A DNA stretch of 64,000 nt from positions 4,464,001-4,528,000 of the forward strand of contig CATNEN010000038.1 in assembly GCA_950097015.1 (NCBI GenBank), in the 5' to 3' direction. Positions within the stretch are counted from its first letter, which is position 1, and each line of letters begins with the position of its first letter. Source of the DNA: Macrostomum hystrix. Its lineage: Eukaryota; Animalia; Platyhelminthes. Below are positions 61,890 through 64,000 of the stretch, in pieces. Under the pieces are notes generated by a model. It searched no databases. It was not told where the DNA came from and saw nothing but the letters and a program-made list of their open reading frames with translations. The position numbers and the translations under genes are program-made.

Positions 61890-64000
61890 TAGCTAAATAT
61901 GCCCTCATACTTCAGTAGCCAAATATGCCCTCATACTTCAGTAGCTAAATATGCCCTCATACTTCAGTAGCTAAATATGCCCTCATACTTCAGTAGCTAA
62001 ATATGCCCTCATACTTCAGTAGCTAAATATGCCCTCATACTTCAGTAGCTAAATATGCCCTCATACTTCAGTAGCTAAATATGCCCTCATACTTCAGTAG
62101 CTAAATATGCCCTCATACTTCAGTAGCTAAATATCCCCTCATACTTCAGTAGCTAAATATGCCCTCATACTTCAGTAGCTAAATATGCCCTCATACTTCA
62201 GTAGCTAAATATCCCCTCATACTTCAGTAGCTAAATATGCCCTCATACTTCAGTAGCTAAATATCCCCTCATACTTCAGTAGCTAAATATGCCCTCATAC
62301 TTCAGTAGCTAAATATGCCCTCATACTTCAGTAGCTAAATATCCCCTCATACTTCAGTAGCTAAATATGCCCTCATACTTCAGTAGCTAAATATGCCCTC
62401 ATACTTCAGTAGCTAAATATGCCCTCATACTTCAGTAGCTAAATATCCCCTCATACTTCAGTAGCTAAATATGCCCTCATACTTCAGTAGCTAAATATCC
62501 CCTCATACTTCAGTAGCTAAATATGCCCTCATACTTCAGTAGCTAAATATCCCCTCATACTTCAGTAGCTAAATATGCCCTCATACTTCAGTAGCTAAAT
62601 ATGCCCTCATACTTCAGTAGCTAAATATGCCCTCATACTTCAGTAGCTAAATATCCCCTCATACTTCAGTAGCTAAATATGCCCTCATACTTCAGTAGCT
62701 AAATATGCCCTCATACTTCAGTAGCTAAATATGCCCTCATACTTCAGTAGCTAAATATCCCCTCATACTTCAGTAGCTAAATATGCCCTCATACTTCAGT
62801 AGCTAAATATCCCCTCATACTTCAGTAGCTAAATATGCCCTCATACTTCAGTAGCTAAATATGCCCTCATACTTCAGTAGCTAAATATGCCCTCATACTT
62901 CAGTAGCTAAATATCCCCTCATACTTCAGTAGCTAAATATGCCCTCATACTTCAGTAGCTAAATATCCCCTCATACTTCAGTAGCTAAATATGCCCTCAT
63001 ACTTCAGTAGCTAAATATCCCCTCATACTTCAGTAGCTAAATATGCCCTCATACTTCAGTAGCTAAATATCCCCTCATACTTCAGTAGCTAAATATGCCC
63101 TCATACTTCAGTAGCTAAATATCCCCTCATACTTCAGTAGCTAAATATGCCCTCATACTTCAGTAGCTAAATATGCCCTCATACTTCAGTAGCTAAATAT
63201 GCCCTCATACTTCAGTAGCTAAATATGCCCTCATACTTCAGTAGCTAAATATCCCCTCATACTTCAGTAGCTAAATATGCCCTCATACTTCAGTAGCTAA
63301 ATATGCCCTCATACTTCAGTAGCTAAATATCCCCTCATACTTCAGTAGCTAAATATCCCCTCATACTTCAGTAGCTAAATATGCCCTCATACTTCAGTAG
63401 CTAAATATCCCCTCATACTTCAGTAGCTAAATATGCCCTCATACTTCAGTAGCTAAATATCCCCTCATACTTCAGTAGCTAAATATGCCCTCATACTTCA
63501 GTAGCTAAATATCCCCTCATACTTCAGTAGCTAAATATGCCCTCATACTTCAGTAGCTAAATATGCCCTCATACTTCAGTAGCTAAATATGCCCTCATAC
63601 TTCAGTAGCTAAATATGCCCTCATACTTCAGTAGCTAAATATGCCCTCATACTTCAGTAGCTAAATATGCCCTCATACTTCAGTAGCTAAATATGCCCTC
63701 ATACTTCAGTAGCTAAATATGCCCTCATACTTCAGTAGCTAAATATCCCCTCATACTTCAGTAGCTAAATATGCCCTCATACTTCAGTAGCTAAATATGC
63801 CCTCATACTTCAGTAGCTAAATATGCCCTCATACTTCAGTAGCTAAATATCCCCTCATACTTCAGTAGCTAAATATGCCCTCATACTTCAGTAGCTAAAT
63901 ATGCCCTCATACTTCAGTAGCTAAATATCCCTTCATACTTCAGTAGCTAAATATCCCCTCATACTTCAGTAGCTAAATATCCCTTCATACTTCAGTAGCT
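61890..64000. repeat. 26-bp satellite TAGCTAAATAT(G/C)CCCTCATACTTCAG, about 81 copies, continuing off the right edge
   Basis: Head-to-tail copies with two main variants and no spacers. Confidence 0.97.

Noticed and set aside
61890-64000. CRISPR-like appearance of the 26-bp repeats (also the 53-, 39- and 20-bp arrays)
   Set aside because: The repeats are head-to-tail with no unique spacers, there are no cas genes, and the context is eukaryotic.

Overview
This is eukaryotic (metazoan) genomic DNA with GT-AG spliced genes, GC-rich exons carrying poly-Q tracts, AT-rich introns and many tandem repeats. The style suggests a free-living flatworm such as Macrostomum, which is an inference. I rebuilt exon models by hand with consistent intron phases for: an LRMDA-like LRR gene (5' part), a GT10 alpha-1,3-fucosyltransferase, RSKR/SGK494 kinase, a tail-anchored KASH-like protein, a mucin-stalk/2xFN2 type-I receptor, a tandem pair of C-type-lectin-like/sushi-like receptors, CFAP20DC (C3orf67) and RELCH (KIAA1468). 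Two genes are the most novel. One is a 2-exon, 90-aa secreted six-cysteine prepropeptide (signal peptide, KR site, C-terminal GGR) that the ORF track misses. The other is an intronless two-TM ORF nested on the same strand inside a CFAP20DC intron, resembling a MARCH2/3 ligase that has lost its RING. Also present: a 5'-truncated RNase H LINE with a 12-bp TSD, a decayed Tc1/Tc3 transposase, tRNA-derived SINEs, nested inverted repeats, a gene-conversion tract between the receptor paralogues, a 6.4-kb intronic 11-mer satellite with a 2067-bp higher-order duplication, and a 26-mer satellite running off the right edge. No CRISPR array, rRNA or bona fide tRNA was found.
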